A stretch of 61,332 bases of DNA, the filler included, from Alphaproteobacteria bacterium (GTDB lineage: Bacteria > Pseudomonadota > Alphaproteobacteria > Caedimonadales > UBA9215): assembly GCA_024280495.1 (NCBI GenBank). It is 4 parts of 4 records of this genome, joined end to end, with 100 filler letters (N's around TTAATTAATTAA, not from the genome) between each part and the next. Parts side by side here need not be neighbours in the genome. Positions count along the whole stretch, not along the records: positions 1 to 16,095 come from JAJRPZ010000044.1; positions 16,196 to 40,331 come from JAJRPZ010000045.1; 2 more parts are not named here. One strand, written 5' to 3'. How positions within the stretch are numbered: the stretch's first letter is position 1; each line of letters opens with the position of its first letter. The notes under the pieces were generated by a model, which saw nothing but the letters and a program-made list of their open reading frames with translations, was not told the origin of the DNA and searched no databases. Made by a program: the position numbers and the translations under genes. Positions 12,317 to 22,493 of this stretch are shown piece after piece.

Positions 12317-12859
12317 ATGCTTAAAAATACCCTCAACTCTTATGGGAGCCTCACGAAATTTATCCATTGGCTAATGGCTCTCATTATCATTAGCCTTATT
12401 GCCGTTGGTTTTTTCATGGCAGATATGGAAAACAGCGATCAAAAATGGTTTTTATATGGAACGCATAAGGCATTTGGTATCATTGTATTATCACTCATTC
12501 CATTACGTATTATTTGGCGCCTCATGAACCCCCAACCAACTTTACCCAAATCCCTTCCAAACTGGCAAAAGAAAGCAGCTAATGCCAATATCCTTTTTTT
12601 ATATCTTTGTATGGTAGCCATGCCACTTTCGGGATTCATCATGTCTTTTTTCGGGAATCATCCTATTTCAATGTTTGGTATTTTCACCATTCCTGCCATT
12701 GAAAGAGTACCTGCAATTTCTGGATTCGCCCATGAAACCCATGAAATTCTAGCCCTTGCCATCACCGCTTCTATCTCCCTTCATATTCTTGGCGCCTTAC
12801 ATCACCATTTTACTAAACATGATCAAGTTCTAAAAAGAATGTTGCCTGGATGCAAATAA
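12317..12859 (+). CDS. Cytochrome b561 family protein
   Basis: Four TMs with His ligands (IHWL, THKAFG, HETHE, LHILGALHH). Confidence 0.9.
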   Translation: MLKNTLNSYGSLTKFIHWLMALIIISLIAVGFFMADMENSDQKWFLYGTHKAFGIIVLSLIPLRIIWRLMNPQPTLPKSLPNWQKKAANANILFLYLCMVAMPLSGFIMSFFGNHPISMFGIFTIPAIERVPAISGFAHETHEILALAITASISLHILGALHHHFTKHDQVLKRMLPGCK

Positions 12860-12906
12860 ATCTTCTATAATATTAAAATAATGGGTAATAGAAAGTAGGT
12901 TCTCAC

Positions 12907-13629
12907 ATGAATAAGATCCCAAATATTTTATTTTTTGTTTTCTGCACAATTTTGGTCGCGACAATGAGCGGGACAATTCTATTACATGCAAAAACACCTT
13001 CAAAAACAGACAATACTTCCCAAAAAAAAGAGGTTTATCCCGAAATCGATGATATCGTTTTGGGAGAAGCCAATGCGCCCATTACATTGATAGAATATTC
13101 TTCCATTAACTGCACTCACTGTGCGGATTTTCATAAAACTACCTTTAAAGAATTAAAAAGAAAATTCATTGAAACTGCTAAGGTTCAATATGCCCTCAAA
13201 CACTTTCCTTTGGATTTTTCTGCCGTTGAGGCTATGAGCATCATTGCAAAACAGCCAAAAGACACTTGGCTCAAGCATATTGAAACCGCCTTTGATACTC
13301 AAAAAGATTGGATTGGTAAAGATCTCAAAAAATTGGGAAAAATCTTAAATATTTCTGCAGAAGACTACACCAACGCTTTGGCCTGTGAAAAAACAAAAAC
13401 CCTCGTCATGGCCAAACGGTATAATGCTGAACAAATCATTGATATTGATGCCACACCAACATTTTTAATCCTGTATCGGCCCAATGATAAGAATGGCTCA
13501 GATAAAAAAAATGACCTAGATAACAAAAAAGAAAAGGCCTTAAAGCATGTCCTTTTCAATAAAGGCGTCAGCCAAGAGGACCTTTTTAAAACGCTGGATA
13601 AAATTTACAAAGAGATTTCTTCCTTTTAA
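12907..13629 (+). CDS. DsbA/DsbG-like thiol:disulfide oxidoreductase
   Basis: LGEANAPITLIEYSS.NCTHCA (CxxC), ATPTF cis-Pro motif, N-terminal signal/TM. Confidence 0.88.
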   Translation: MNKIPNILFFVFCTILVATMSGTILLHAKTPSKTDNTSQKKEVYPEIDDIVLGEANAPITLIEYSSINCTHCADFHKTTFKELKRKFIETAKVQYALKHFPLDFSAVEAMSIIAKQPKDTWLKHIETAFDTQKDWIGKDLKKLGKILNISAEDYTNALACEKTKTLVMAKRYNAEQIIDIDATPTFLILYRPNDKNGSDKKNDLDNKKEKALKHVLFNKGVSQEDLFKTLDKIYKEISSF

Positions 13630-14963
13630 ACACCCCGAACTTGAAATCCTCCCTGTTTTTCTTCTGCGGTGATGAGTTCAGTAACAGCCCACACGAGGGC
13701 ATCAAGACGATCAGGAGATTCCCCCTTGCTTTTCGAAGTCGATGCTGAAAATTTAAGCATTTGAGACTCAAGAATTTTCAAACGCTCCCCCCCCATATGA
13801 AATATATGCCCTTGTTCATAAAGGGCATATACGGGTTCGGCACGCCTGAATTTACTAACTGTGGCACGCACTGCTCGAAAGGGCACATGTTGGTTAAATT
13901 CTACATCTTTGAGAGCAGCCCCTTTCAAAATTGATGAGATCATATCGCCCCCTTGATTAACCTCCCCCACAATACAATCAGCTTTATAAGCGTGATATCC
14001 CTTTAAAGCCTCACGCGCCCACCCATTGGGAGTGAATTTCCCACTCAAGTCATCGAGGACATAAATATTACTGCTAAAATCAATACCCGCTACAATAATA
14101 CCCGTTTCATCACTTTTACAATGAGAGGTGAGCGCTGGGTCAATGGCCACAACAATTCTTTTGAAATGCACAGTGCTTTTAGGGTTTTTTGTGGCAGAAA
14201 GCAACATCTTAGATGACCACATCCCCTGCTCTCTCATATCCACTACTTCCCCCATAACCTCCTGTTGTCCAAGGGTGGTGCCATCATATTTTTTTTTTAT
14301 AAAATCAATAAATTTTGGCGAAAGGTTCTTTTCATTTTCATAGGTAGAGCCTCTGGTTATAACGGTCCCTGCCTCTTCTTTTTCCTTCATAAGCTTTTCC
14401 AAAAGTGGCATTGACTTGGGTGTTGTCGTTATCAAAACTCGTGGATTTTCTCCAAGGCGTAAGGAAAAATTTATCTGATCCCAAATTTCTTGGGCTTTCT
14501 GAAACTTACAGAACTCATCAACCCAGGCGCAATCAAATTGTGGACCTCGTAATTTTTCGGCATTTTCCGCGGAATATAATGTCGCAATAGCGCCACAAGG
14601 CCATGTAATGCGATTTTTTGAAGGTTCATAAAAAGGACGATCTTGGTCTGGGTAACAGGACAAAATTCCACTATGCCCTTCAATCAAAATATCACGACCT
14701 TCAGCTTCTGTTGCTGCCACAAGGGCAATTCGCTTTGCCTTTTTCTGTGCGATAAGTAAGCGAATGGTTTCAGCACCAGTACGGGTTTTTCCAAAACCAC
14801 GCCCAGCAATAATCATCCATAATCTCCAGTTTCCCCTAGGCATCATTTGAGATGGTCGCGCCTGCAACGCCCAATTATAAGTTTTTTCTATGTTTTTTTG
14901 GGTTTTGATATATTTTTTTAGATATTTATAGAGCTCTTTATAAATTTTACTTTTATTTACCAT
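13626..14963 (-). CDS. Large terminase subunit, GTA/phage type
   Basis: AGRGFGKTR Walker A, LRGPQFDCAWVDE Walker B, IVVAIDP and DETGIIVAG nuclease motifs, SPDRLDALVWA. Confidence 0.92.
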   Translation of the reverse strand: MVNKSKIYKELYKYLKKYIKTQKNIEKTYNWALQARPSQMMPRGNWRLWMIIAGRGFGKTRTGAETIRLLIAQKKAKRIALVAATEAEGRDILIEGHSGILSCYPDQDRPFYEPSKNRITWPCGAIATLYSAENAEKLRGPQFDCAWVDEFCKFQKAQEIWDQINFSLRLGENPRVLITTTPKSMPLLEKLMKEKEEAGTVITRGSTYENEKNLSPKFIDFIKKKYDGTTLGQQEVMGEVVDMREQGMWSSKMLLSATKNPKSTVHFKRIVVAIDPALTSHCKSDETGIIVAGIDFSSNIYVLDDLSGKFTPNGWAREALKGYHAYKADCIVGEVNQGGDMISSILKGAALKDVEFNQHVPFRAVRATVSKFRRAEPVYALYEQGHIFHMGGERLKILESQMLKFSASTSKSKGESPDRLDALVWAVTELITAEEKQGGFQVRGV

Positions 14964-15036
14964 GGTATTTAACTCCCCTTCTTCTAATTAAAGAGTGACA
15001 AGAAGAAAGGTATAATTTCAAAAATTAAAAGAAAAA

Positions 15037-15110
15037 AGACAAAAATACTTAGCTATAACTCATAGGTGGGGGAATGATTGACGACGTCTAGGATATTTTT
15101 AGAATCACTA
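15037..15110 (+). repeat. Family B right-end remnant joined to the right half of family A
   Basis: aaaaatacttagctata, then actcataggtgggggaatgattgacgacgtctaggatatttttagaatcacta matching 22063-22121. Confidence 0.8.
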
Positions 15111-15113
15111 GGG

Positions 15114-16013
15114 TTATTGCATAATAGATTTACTGGGGTCACTTTTATTAAAAACCTTACGACGTTTTGAAAGAGCTGTCATGAGGTAACTTGCTTTTTT
15201 GGGATCCATAGCCGATAAAATAGCAGAAGCTTTTTTTGCCTTCACTTTTTCCATAATTTCCAAAAGAATAGGAAATTCAATACCTTGCAAAACTTCTGCG
15301 GCCTTTACTGGTTTCATACTCTCCGTCATTTTCACCAAGCGTTTTGTGTTGGCGTTTTCTTCCTCACCGATTTTATTAACCATGGCCGCAAGTTCGGACT
15401 TTGCCTTACGAAGTTCCTTAACTTTATCATCCATTTTGCGGACAAGTGCTTTCAAAAGTTGTTCTTTTTCAGAAATTGACCTTTCTCGATCACTCAAATG
15501 ATCAGTTTTCGCCACAACTCCTTTTAAGACACGATATTGGTCTGCCGTCATATTAAAAGGATCAAAGTCACTCATTCCCTTTAATTTTTCTGACTTAACG
15601 TCAGGTGCTTTATCTAGTTTAGATAAAGGTATTTGTTTTTTAGCTCCCTGAACCGCAGATGCATGGGCTTTTTTCATAAAATCTTTTTCACCAAGGTGCG
15701 TTACCAACGTAGAAAAACGCGCGCCCAACACTAAAACTGCAAAGAAAATAACCATGGGCATCAAGCGAATACGAAAGATAAAAAGAGATATCAATTTTTT
15801 TTTGAACACTTTAACCATTGGCTTGATATTGAGGGGTTCTTTTTGATAAGAAGTTGAATGCACCTGTTGCGATGAAGATTCAGGAAAGCCGATTGTTTTC
15901 ATCATTAACTTAAAAAAAAGCGTCAAAATATTTTGAGATCTCAAATCAGACGATCCCTTAAAAGAATTTCCATTTATTTTTTCTTCTACATTTTGATACT
16001 GATTTACTGACAT
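15114..16013 (-). CDS. MotE/FlbB-like protein with MgtE-N-like C-terminal domain
   Basis: RIRLMPMVIF TM, coiled coil, RLVKMTESMKPVKAAEVL...ASAILSAMDPKKA; true start may be downstream. Confidence 0.75.
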   Translation of the reverse strand: MSVNQYQNVEEKINGNSFKGSSDLRSQNILTLFFKLMMKTIGFPESSSQQVHSTSYQKEPLNIKPMVKVFKKKLISLFIFRIRLMPMVIFFAVLVLGARFSTLVTHLGEKDFMKKAHASAVQGAKKQIPLSKLDKAPDVKSEKLKGMSDFDPFNMTADQYRVLKGVVAKTDHLSDRERSISEKEQLLKALVRKMDDKVKELRKAKSELAAMVNKIGEEENANTKRLVKMTESMKPVKAAEVLQGIEFPILLEIMEKVKAKKASAILSAMDPKKASYLMTALSKRRKVFNKSDPSKSIMQ

Positions 16014-16044
16014 GTTGTTCCTCTATGGGTATTTGCCAAGATGT

Positions 16045-16095
16045 TATAGGTGACTAGTTTTTTGTTTACACGAGGCGTAAGGGACGACGGCTATA
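16045..16095 (+). repeat. Family B left half, truncated by contig end
   Basis: tataggtgactagttttttgtttacacgaggcgtaagggacgacggctata matches 36361-36412. Confidence 0.88.
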
Positions 16096-16195
16096 NNNNN
16101 NNNNNNNNNNNNNNNNNNNNNNNNNNNNNNNNNNNNNNNTTAATTAATTAANNNNNNNNNNNNNNNNNNNNNNNNNNNNNNNNNNNNNNNNNNNN
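16096..16195. other. Artificial contig spacer
   Basis: 100 bp: N-runs around TTAATTAATTAA (stops in all six frames). Confidence 0.98.
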
Positions 16196-16429
16196 AGGAA
16201 CTTGTTGACGGCGCCAGCGATTACGAAGGGCAATGGCAACGGCTTTTTTAGCATCTTTTTGACCAATGATATTACGATCCAGGGCCTTCACAATTTCACG
16301 AGGCGTAAAAGAAACTTGCGCAAAAATATTTTGGTTAGCACTGATTTTAGGGCTTTTTTTTGAAGTTTTTTTTGAACCTGGCATATGCTTTGAAGAAGCG
16401 CTTGATGATGTATTTGAAGAAGACGTCAT
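16196..16429 (-). CDS. hslU: HslU ATPase, 5' part (truncated by spacer)
   Basis: [31 protein letters not shown], directly after hslV. Confidence 0.95.
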
Positions 16430-16983
16430 TATCTTTCAATCCTTTCAAGAATAATATTGTGGTTGGTGTAAATACAAAGGTCAGAGGCTACCTTCATAGA
16501 GCGCCTGGCAATTTCTTCTGCTGATAAGTCTTTGATATCATTTAGGGCTCTTGCAGCTGAAAGGGCATAAGCCCCACCAGAACCGATACCAATAAGGCCA
16601 TCTTCGGGTTCGAGGACATCCCCTGTTCCCGTTAGAATAAGAGAAACATCTTGATCAGCAACGGCCATCATGGCTTCGAGCTTTCGCAAGTATCTATCGG
16701 TACGCCAATCTTTTGCCATCTCAACACAAGCCCTGGTTAATTGCTTTGGGTATTGTTCTAATTTAGCTTCAAGACGTTCAAAGAGAGCAAAAGCATCAGC
16801 AGTGGCACCAGCGAAACCAACGATGACGTGCCCATCTCCAAGGCGGCGAACTTTTTTAGCATTGGATTTCAAGGTGATATTGCCAAGGGTGACCTGTCCG
16901 TCCCCTGCAATTACAACTTCATTACCACGCCTAACGGACAAAATCGTTGTGCCACGCCAATTTTTTTCATCAATACCTTGCAT
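16429..16983 (-). CDS. hslV: HslV protease subunit
   Basis: [33 protein letters not shown]. Confidence 0.98.
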   Translation of the reverse strand: MQGIDEKNWRGTTILSVRRGNEVVIAGDGQVTLGNITLKSNAKKVRRLGDGHVIVGFAGATADAFALFERLEAKLEQYPKQLTRACVEMAKDWRTDRYLRKLEAMMAVADQDVSLILTGTGDVLEPEDGLIGIGSGGAYALSAARALNDIKDLSAEEIARRSMKVASDLCIYTNHNIILERIER

Positions 16984-17150
16984 GTTTTTTCCTTATTTTT
17001 TCCCTTTGAAATTCATAGTGTTGATATCATATATAGCACTTCCCCCCTCATAACAAAAAGGTTTCTTATATAATGATTCTTTATGATCTAAATAATATGT
17101 TTTCCTTGATAAATCAATTAGATCAGTTATAGTCCCATTATAACGCTTCA

Positions 17151-17225
17151 GCGGGCGTAGCTCAGTGGTAGAGCACAACCTTGCCAAGGTTGGGGTCGAG
17201 AGTTCAAATCTCTTCGCCCGCTCCA
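17151..17225 (+). tRNA. tRNA-Gly (GCC)
   Basis: GCGGGCGTAGCTCAGTGGTAGAGCACAACCTTGCCAAGGTTGGGGTCGAGAGTTCAAATCTCTTCGCCCGCTCCA: cloverleaf, anticodon GCC, encoded CCA. Confidence 0.98.
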
Positions 17226-17315
17226 GTTTTTTCGATTTTTCCCCCTCTTCTAATTCATTGTATACTGTTATAATAAAATCTAATGGTTAATAACACTGGA
17301 TAATAACAAAATATC

Positions 17316-18413
17316 ATGGCAGAAAAAAAAGTAAACTTAGCCCAAAATAATCAAGTACCCCCAGTTACTAAAACAGTGGATTCAATGGAGATTGAAGAAT
17401 ATCAAAACACCTTGAACACCACTGAAAATTCACATGAACAATCACAAAAAAAACATTTAGTAATTTGCCTTGGAGAATTTGGCGGCATCATCAAAGCCCT
17501 TGGAGCCTTTAAAATTATTCAAGATAATTTTCCAGAGGACCACATCACTCTTTTAACCTATTCAGATTTCAAAAATTTTGCAAAGCGCACACTTTATTTT
17601 GATGACATCATAGAAGACAAACGAGATAGAAGTTTCTGGTCTTCCTGGCGTTTTTCAAAATTTATTTCTGCCAAAAAATTTGATTGTATTTTTGATCTAC
17701 AAGGATCAACTCAAACGCAACGACTTTGCAAATTCCTTTCTCTTCGAGGGGAAATTAGCAAATCTGACATTGATACTAAAACAAAGTGGATTGGTAATTC
17801 TAAAATTAGCCCTTTCTATCAATCACAGAACCTTTTGAAAACTTTGCATCCTTATGAACGTTATTACGACCTTTTGAAAATTGCCGATCTTCATATTGGA
17901 AATAAGTCTCTCTTAAAACCAGATCTTTCTAACCTTGATATTATCATCACACGAGATCTTCCAGAACATTATTTAGTCATGATCCCAGGAAGCTCCCCCC
18001 ATAAAAAAGAAAAAAGATGGCCTGCTCTTTTTTATGCAGAAATAGCCCGTAACCTCCATGATAATGGCGTTGGAAGTGTCATTATTGGCGGTAAAAATGA
18101 AAAAGAAATCGCTGCTGTCATTAAAAAGAAATGTCCCAGCGCCCTTGATTTTACCGACCAAACAGAATGGCATGAAGTCCTCGGTATTTCCCAAAAATCA
18201 TGTGGTATTCTAGGAAATGATACGGGACCTCTTTTTTTAGCTTATGCCTCTGGCAAACCAATTTTTGTTCCATGGTCAAGTTTCTCCAACCAAGAACTCA
18301 ATGCACCAAAAGGTGACACAGTTACCCTTTTCAAGGAAGCTTTTTTAACGAATCTCTCCCCCCATCGCGTATGGCATGAAATAAAAAAAATTATTCCTAA
18401 AAGGTGCTCTTAA
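17316..18413 (+). CDS. Glycosyltransferase family 9 (heptosyltransferase-like)
   Basis: FDCIFDLQ, IPGSS...KRWP, GNDTGP motifs. Confidence 0.88.
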   Translation: MAEKKVNLAQNNQVPPVTKTVDSMEIEEYQNTLNTTENSHEQSQKKHLVICLGEFGGIIKALGAFKIIQDNFPEDHITLLTYSDFKNFAKRTLYFDDIIEDKRDRSFWSSWRFSKFISAKKFDCIFDLQGSTQTQRLCKFLSLRGEISKSDIDTKTKWIGNSKISPFYQSQNLLKTLHPYERYYDLLKIADLHIGNKSLLKPDLSNLDIIITRDLPEHYLVMIPGSSPHKKEKRWPALFYAEIARNLHDNGVGSVIIGGKNEKEIAAVIKKKCPSALDFTDQTEWHEVLGISQKSCGILGNDTGPLFLAYASGKPIFVPWSSFSNQELNAPKGDTVTLFKEAFLTNLSPHRVWHEIKKIIPKRCS

Positions 18414-19201
18414 TGGCGCCTTCTTCTGCTTTTAGTGATGATAAAAGTAACAATCTTCTTTTTTCAGAATCCCTTGTGGCTCTTCGGAAAAAACGTGCAC
18501 AACACACTTTTCATAAAGCGCCTTACCTTGCCCTTGATATAGAACGTTTCCTTCAGGAGCGTCTTTTAAAACTAGAAAAAACAAAGTCTATCCTTATTCT
18601 TGGATGCCCTGGAAATAGCCTGGATTCTTTTTTAAAATCACAAGAGTTTTTGGGGCATATTGATCACTTTAACCCTCTCATAACACCCCTAACAAACCTG
18701 AGTGAACAAAAATCATATGATATTATTGTAGACGGATTTAATTTTCACTGGATAAATGATCCATTGACTTACCTTCGTCATATTTATTTGCTCCTAAAAC
18801 CTGGCGGTGTGTATCATTGTGGATTTTTAGGAGGGACGACCTTAACGGAATTAAGGAAAACTTTCCTTCAAACAGATAGTGATCTTTTTCAAGGTGCCTT
18901 TGCCAGAATTTCCCCTATGATTAAAGCAGAGGCTGCAACGCGTTTAATTCAAAGTGCTGGATTTCATAATTCTGTGGTGGAGCATGATGAAGTCGCAGTG
19001 AACTATAATTCCCTGAAAGACCTTGTGCAGGATTTACGCAGTATGGGGGAGAATAATGCTCTTTCTTCTTTGGCGAAAACAACACCAAAAGCCTCAAAAA
19101 CATACCTTTCCCATGCGGAAAAAACTTACAAGAAACTTTTTTCATGGGATCAATTCCAAATGACATATGATTTTATTTTCATGTCTGGTTGGCGCAAGTG
19201 A
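18404..19201 (+). CDS. SAM-dependent methyltransferase (BioC/NDUFAF5-like)
   Basis: [35 protein letters not shown]. Confidence 0.8.
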   Translation: MLLMAPSSAFSDDKSNNLLFSESLVALRKKRAQHTFHKAPYLALDIERFLQERLLKLEKTKSILILGCPGNSLDSFLKSQEFLGHIDHFNPLITPLTNLSEQKSYDIIVDGFNFHWINDPLTYLRHIYLLLKPGGVYHCGFLGGTTLTELRKTFLQTDSDLFQGAFARISPMIKAEAATRLIQSAGFHNSVVEHDEVAVNYNSLKDLVQDLRSMGENNALSSLAKTTPKASKTYLSHAEKTYKKLFSWDQFQMTYDFIFMSGWRK

Positions 19202-21920
19202 CCACATCATTTTGTGACAAGATGTCTTTCAAATTATACAGGGCCGTGAGGGCTTGTCTTGGGGTTAGTGAGTCCACATCAATATTCAAGAGATTTTCAG
19301 AAAGAGCCTGTAATTCTTTTGGAATGACTATAGTATTAGGATGAATGGGATTCAATTTTTTAGCTTCACAGTTCATGCCATCAAACAGAGGTAATCCTTT
19401 TATATACTTATCTTTTTGCTCCTTGTTTTTCTCTAAATTCTCCAGAATGACCTCCGAACGCCTTAGAACAGACTCTGGAACCCCAGCCAATTGTGCCACA
19501 TAAAGACCGTAAGATTTATTGGCGCAGCCTGGTACAACTTCATGCATGAAAATAGCTTTGTTGTTCCATTCCCTAATTTTCATGGTATGACAAGCCACAT
19601 TTTTGAGTTTAGCCTCAAGTTCTGTCAATTCATGATAATGGGTTGCAAAAAGCGCGCGACACTTGATTTTGTCATGGAGATATTCCAAAATAGACCAAGC
19701 AATAGAAACGCCATCAAAGGTCGAAGTCCCCCGTCCGACTTCATCTAAAATCACAAAAGAATTTTTTGTCGCTTGGTTTAAAATTGCCGCCGTTTCAACC
19801 ATTTCCACCATAAAGGTGGATCGGCCTCGCGCTAAATCATCCGAAGCACCAACCCTCGAAAACAAACGATCCACAACGCCAATATGAGCCTTTGTTGCGG
19901 GCACATAAGATCCCATTTGCGCCATGATAATGATTAAGGCATTTTGCCTCAGAAATGTACTCTTTCCCGCCATATTCGGACCTGTGAGTAACCAAATTTT
20001 TTGCCCTTTATTCAGCTGACAATCATTGGGGACAAACACATTTTCACCACGATCCTTCAAAGCTTTTTCAACTACTGGATGCCGTGCGCCTTGTACTTCA
20101 AAGGATAAAGACGTATCCACTTCTGGACGACACAAATTTTGCTCAATGGCAAGATGGCTATGGGATAAGGCAACATCTAAATTTGCCAACGCATTTGCTG
20201 TTTTGGCAATAATCTCTCCCTGAGACAAAACCTCAGCAACCAAATCATCATAAAGACGTAACTCAAGGGTCAAAGATTTTTCCCCAGCCGATGAAAGTTG
20301 CTGTTCAAGCTCACCAAGCTCCACCGTTGAAAAACGCATGGCATTAGCCATGGTCTGACGATGAATAAAATCATAGGGGACTTTTTCACTATGGAGAGCA
20401 GTTATTTCAATGTAATAACCTAAAATATTATTATGCTTGATTTTGAGAGATGCTATGCCAAAATCTTGGCGATACTTATCCTGAAGACTTACAATAAGCG
20501 AGCGTCCTTGATCCCGCAACGTTAAGATTTTATCAAGCTCTTCAAGATAACCATGGGCGATAAACCCTCCATCCCTTGCTAGCATAGGCAAGTCTTCTTT
20601 CAGAGCACGTTTCAAACGATCTACCAAATGGGTATGGGCCCCAATGTTTTTTTCAATATCTTTTAAGCCATCAGGGAAATTTTCTTTTGCCTCATTTTTT
20701 GCCTCATTTAATGATTTTTTCAAATCCAATGCTTTTTCAAGACCCTTAAGAAGAGCCATTAAATCACGAGGACCACCACGCCCCATACTCAAGCGTCCAA
20801 GGGAACGTTCTAAATCAGGAAATCCATTGAAAAAACAGGATATTTCTTCTTGAAATGATGTTCGATGGATTAAATAAGAAACTCGATCTTGGCGTGTTTT
20901 TATTTCGTTGACCTCCATTAAAGGCGTCGCAAGATGCCTTGAAAAAAGCCTCGCACCCGCTGGGGTTTTTGTGCGATCAAGGGTCGCCAGTAAAGAGCCT
21001 TTATACTCCCCCGTTAGGGTTTGCGTTAGTTCAAGATTTCGTCGAGTAGAGGGGTCAATATTAAGGACATTCAATGCCCGCAAACGTTTTGGAAGTGATA
21101 AGCGGGGCATGGTCCCTTTTTGCGTCAATTGCACATAGTCCAATAGGGTGCTTGCTGCTGTTATTTCGCAGGTTTGGAATTCTCCGAACCCATCCAAGGT
21201 TTTGACATTATAATGTTCCTGTAGGCGGTTAATTGCATTTTTATCATCAAATCTTGCATTGGGAAGAGGTGTTAAAATATCCCGATAATCTTGAAATAAT
21301 TCAAAAAGCGTTTCATGTTGCAGCAATCGTTCTGGTAAAACCATTTCTCGAGGATTAGTACTGGCAATCAAACTTGCAATTGTTTCTTTGGTGCAGGATT
21401 CCACATAAAAATCACCCGTGGAAATATCCATAATGGCAATGCTTAAAGCATTTTGTCCTTTTTTAGACTCATCATAAATTAAGGCTAAATAATTGTTTTC
21501 ACGGGCAGTTAAAAGAGTATCTTCCGTTAATGTTCCAGGGGTTACGACTCGAACAACTTCACGGTTTACAATGGAATGACCTCGTTTTTTAGCTTCTGTC
21601 GGACTTTCAGTTTGTTCACAAATGGCAACCCTAAATCCTTGACGCACCAAACGGGCCAAATAATTTTCATAAGCATGGAACGGCACGCCACACATCGGGA
21701 TATCGCCCCCATCGCTTTTCCCCCGTTTGGTAAGAGTAATATCAAGGGCAGCCGACGCCTTAATAGCATCCTCAAAGAAAAGTTCGTAAAAATCCCCCAT
21801 GCGATAAAACAATAAGCAATCTTTATTTTCCGCTTTAATGCGTAAATATTGCACCATCATGGGGGTTATTTTTTTGTCTTGCGTCTTAATAACTTCTTTT
21901 TTTTCAGGAACTGGTGTCAT
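19179..21920 (-). CDS. mutS: DNA mismatch repair protein MutS
   Basis: [49 protein letters not shown]. Confidence 0.99.
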   Translation of the reverse strand: MTPVPEKKEVIKTQDKKITPMMVQYLRIKAENKDCLLFYRMGDFYELFFEDAIKASAALDITLTKRGKSDGGDIPMCGVPFHAYENYLARLVRQGFRVAICEQTESPTEAKKRGHSIVNREVVRVVTPGTLTEDTLLTARENNYLALIYDESKKGQNALSIAIMDISTGDFYVESCTKETIASLIASTNPREMVLPERLLQHETLFELFQDYRDILTPLPNARFDDKNAINRLQEHYNVKTLDGFGEFQTCEITAASTLLDYVQLTQKGTMPRLSLPKRLRALNVLNIDPSTRRNLELTQTLTGEYKGSLLATLDRTKTPAGARLFSRHLATPLMEVNEIKTRQDRVSYLIHRTSFQEEISCFFNGFPDLERSLGRLSMGRGGPRDLMALLKGLEKALDLKKSLNEAKNEAKENFPDGLKDIEKNIGAHTHLVDRLKRALKEDLPMLARDGGFIAHGYLEELDKILTLRDQGRSLIVSLQDKYRQDFGIASLKIKHNNILGYYIEITALHSEKVPYDFIHRQTMANAMRFSTVELGELEQQLSSAGEKSLTLELRLYDDLVAEVLSQGEIIAKTANALANLDVALSHSHLAIEQNLCRPEVDTSLSFEVQGARHPVVEKALKDRGENVFVPNDCQLNKGQKIWLLTGPNMAGKSTFLRQNALIIIMAQMGSYVPATKAHIGVVDRLFSRVGASDDLARGRSTFMVEMVETAAILNQATKNSFVILDEVGRGTSTFDGVSIAWSILEYLHDKIKCRALFATHYHELTELEAKLKNVACHTMKIREWNNKAIFMHEVVPGCANKSYGLYVAQLAGVPESVLRRSEVILENLEKNKEQKDKYIKGLPLFDGMNCEAKKLNPIHPNTIVIPKELQALSENLLNIDVDSLTPRQALTALYNLKDILSQNDVVTCANQT

Positions 21921-22015
21921 TGGAATAAATAATTAAGGGTAAATTTCTATGAAATACGTACCATATCTTTTAAAGAAACACCAGTTCTTGCGATATAGTG
22001 ATTTCAAAAGGAGGC

Positions 22016-22123
22016 TATAGTCGTTCCCAAAAGGTTCCAGTCTAGGAGCGAGGGACCAACGCCTATAACTTATAGGCGCGGGAATGATTGACGACGTCTG
22101 GGATATTTTTTGGAATGACTATA
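22016..22123 (+). repeat. Palindromic repeat family A, full copy (108 bp)
   Basis: Ends tatagtcgttcccaaaa / ttttttggaatgactata are imperfect TIRs; inner hairpin cgcctataa-c-ttataggcg; an extra end fragment (tatagtgatttcaaaag) at 21994-22010. Confidence 0.92.
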
Positions 22124-22490
22124 TTTTCTCACCGCCCAGAATATGGGTATGAAAATGGGGGACTTCTTGACCTCCGTTAATTCCTGCATTGGAAATTAAT
22201 CGATATCCTCCTTTTGTATTTGTCATGTGACAAAGACCCAATTGAGACAAAACGGCATTAAGTCCTTGATAATAACCTTTGAGTTCTTGGTCTGAAGCAT
22301 TCCCATGAAAATCATAACTTGAAATATAAGCCCCTTTTGGAATCACGAGAGCATGTATTTTAGCTTTTGGCTTCACGTCATGAAATGCCAAGATATAATC
22401 TGTTTCCAAGATTTTATGACAGGAAATATCACCCCGCAATATTTTTGCAAAAATATTATTTGGATCATAAGAAATCATTATATAAGACAC
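22119..22490 (-). CDS. HIT family nucleotide-binding protein (HinT-like)
   Basis: YDPNNIFAKILRG, GQEVPHFHTHILGG histidine triad. Confidence 0.95.
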   Translation of the reverse strand: MSYIMISYDPNNIFAKILRGDISCHKILETDYILAFHDVKPKAKIHALVIPKGAYISSYDFHGNASDQELKGYYQGLNAVLSQLGLCHMTNTKGGYRLISNAGINGGQEVPHFHTHILGGEKI

Positions 22491-22493
22491 ACT

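Noticed and set aside
13470..13545. Lys/Asp-rich insert in DsbA faintly resembling a family B end (aaaaatgacctagata)
   Set aside because: Similarity too short and low-complexity to support a repeat origin
13626..16013. Possible prophage around the terminase
   Set aside because: No integrase, portal, capsid, tail or att sites; neighbours are cellular genes
16096..16195. TTAATTAATTAA motif repeated three times (also 40332-40431 and 46991-47090)
   Set aside because: Always centred in a 100-bp N spacer; an artificial contig linker. The truncations of hslU, ubiG, cpoB and groEL are therefore not pseudogenisation.
16297..16308. cacgaggcgtaa in hslU matches the family B core
   Set aside because: Only 12 bp, and it encodes the conserved FTPRE motif of HslU; most likely coincidence
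16993..17187. 64-aa ORF upstream of hslV
   Set aside because: Antisense overlap with tRNA-Gly; no coding signature
17151..19201. tRNA-Gly as an integration site for an island
   Set aside because: No duplicated tRNA 3' end or integrase seen; downstream genes look native
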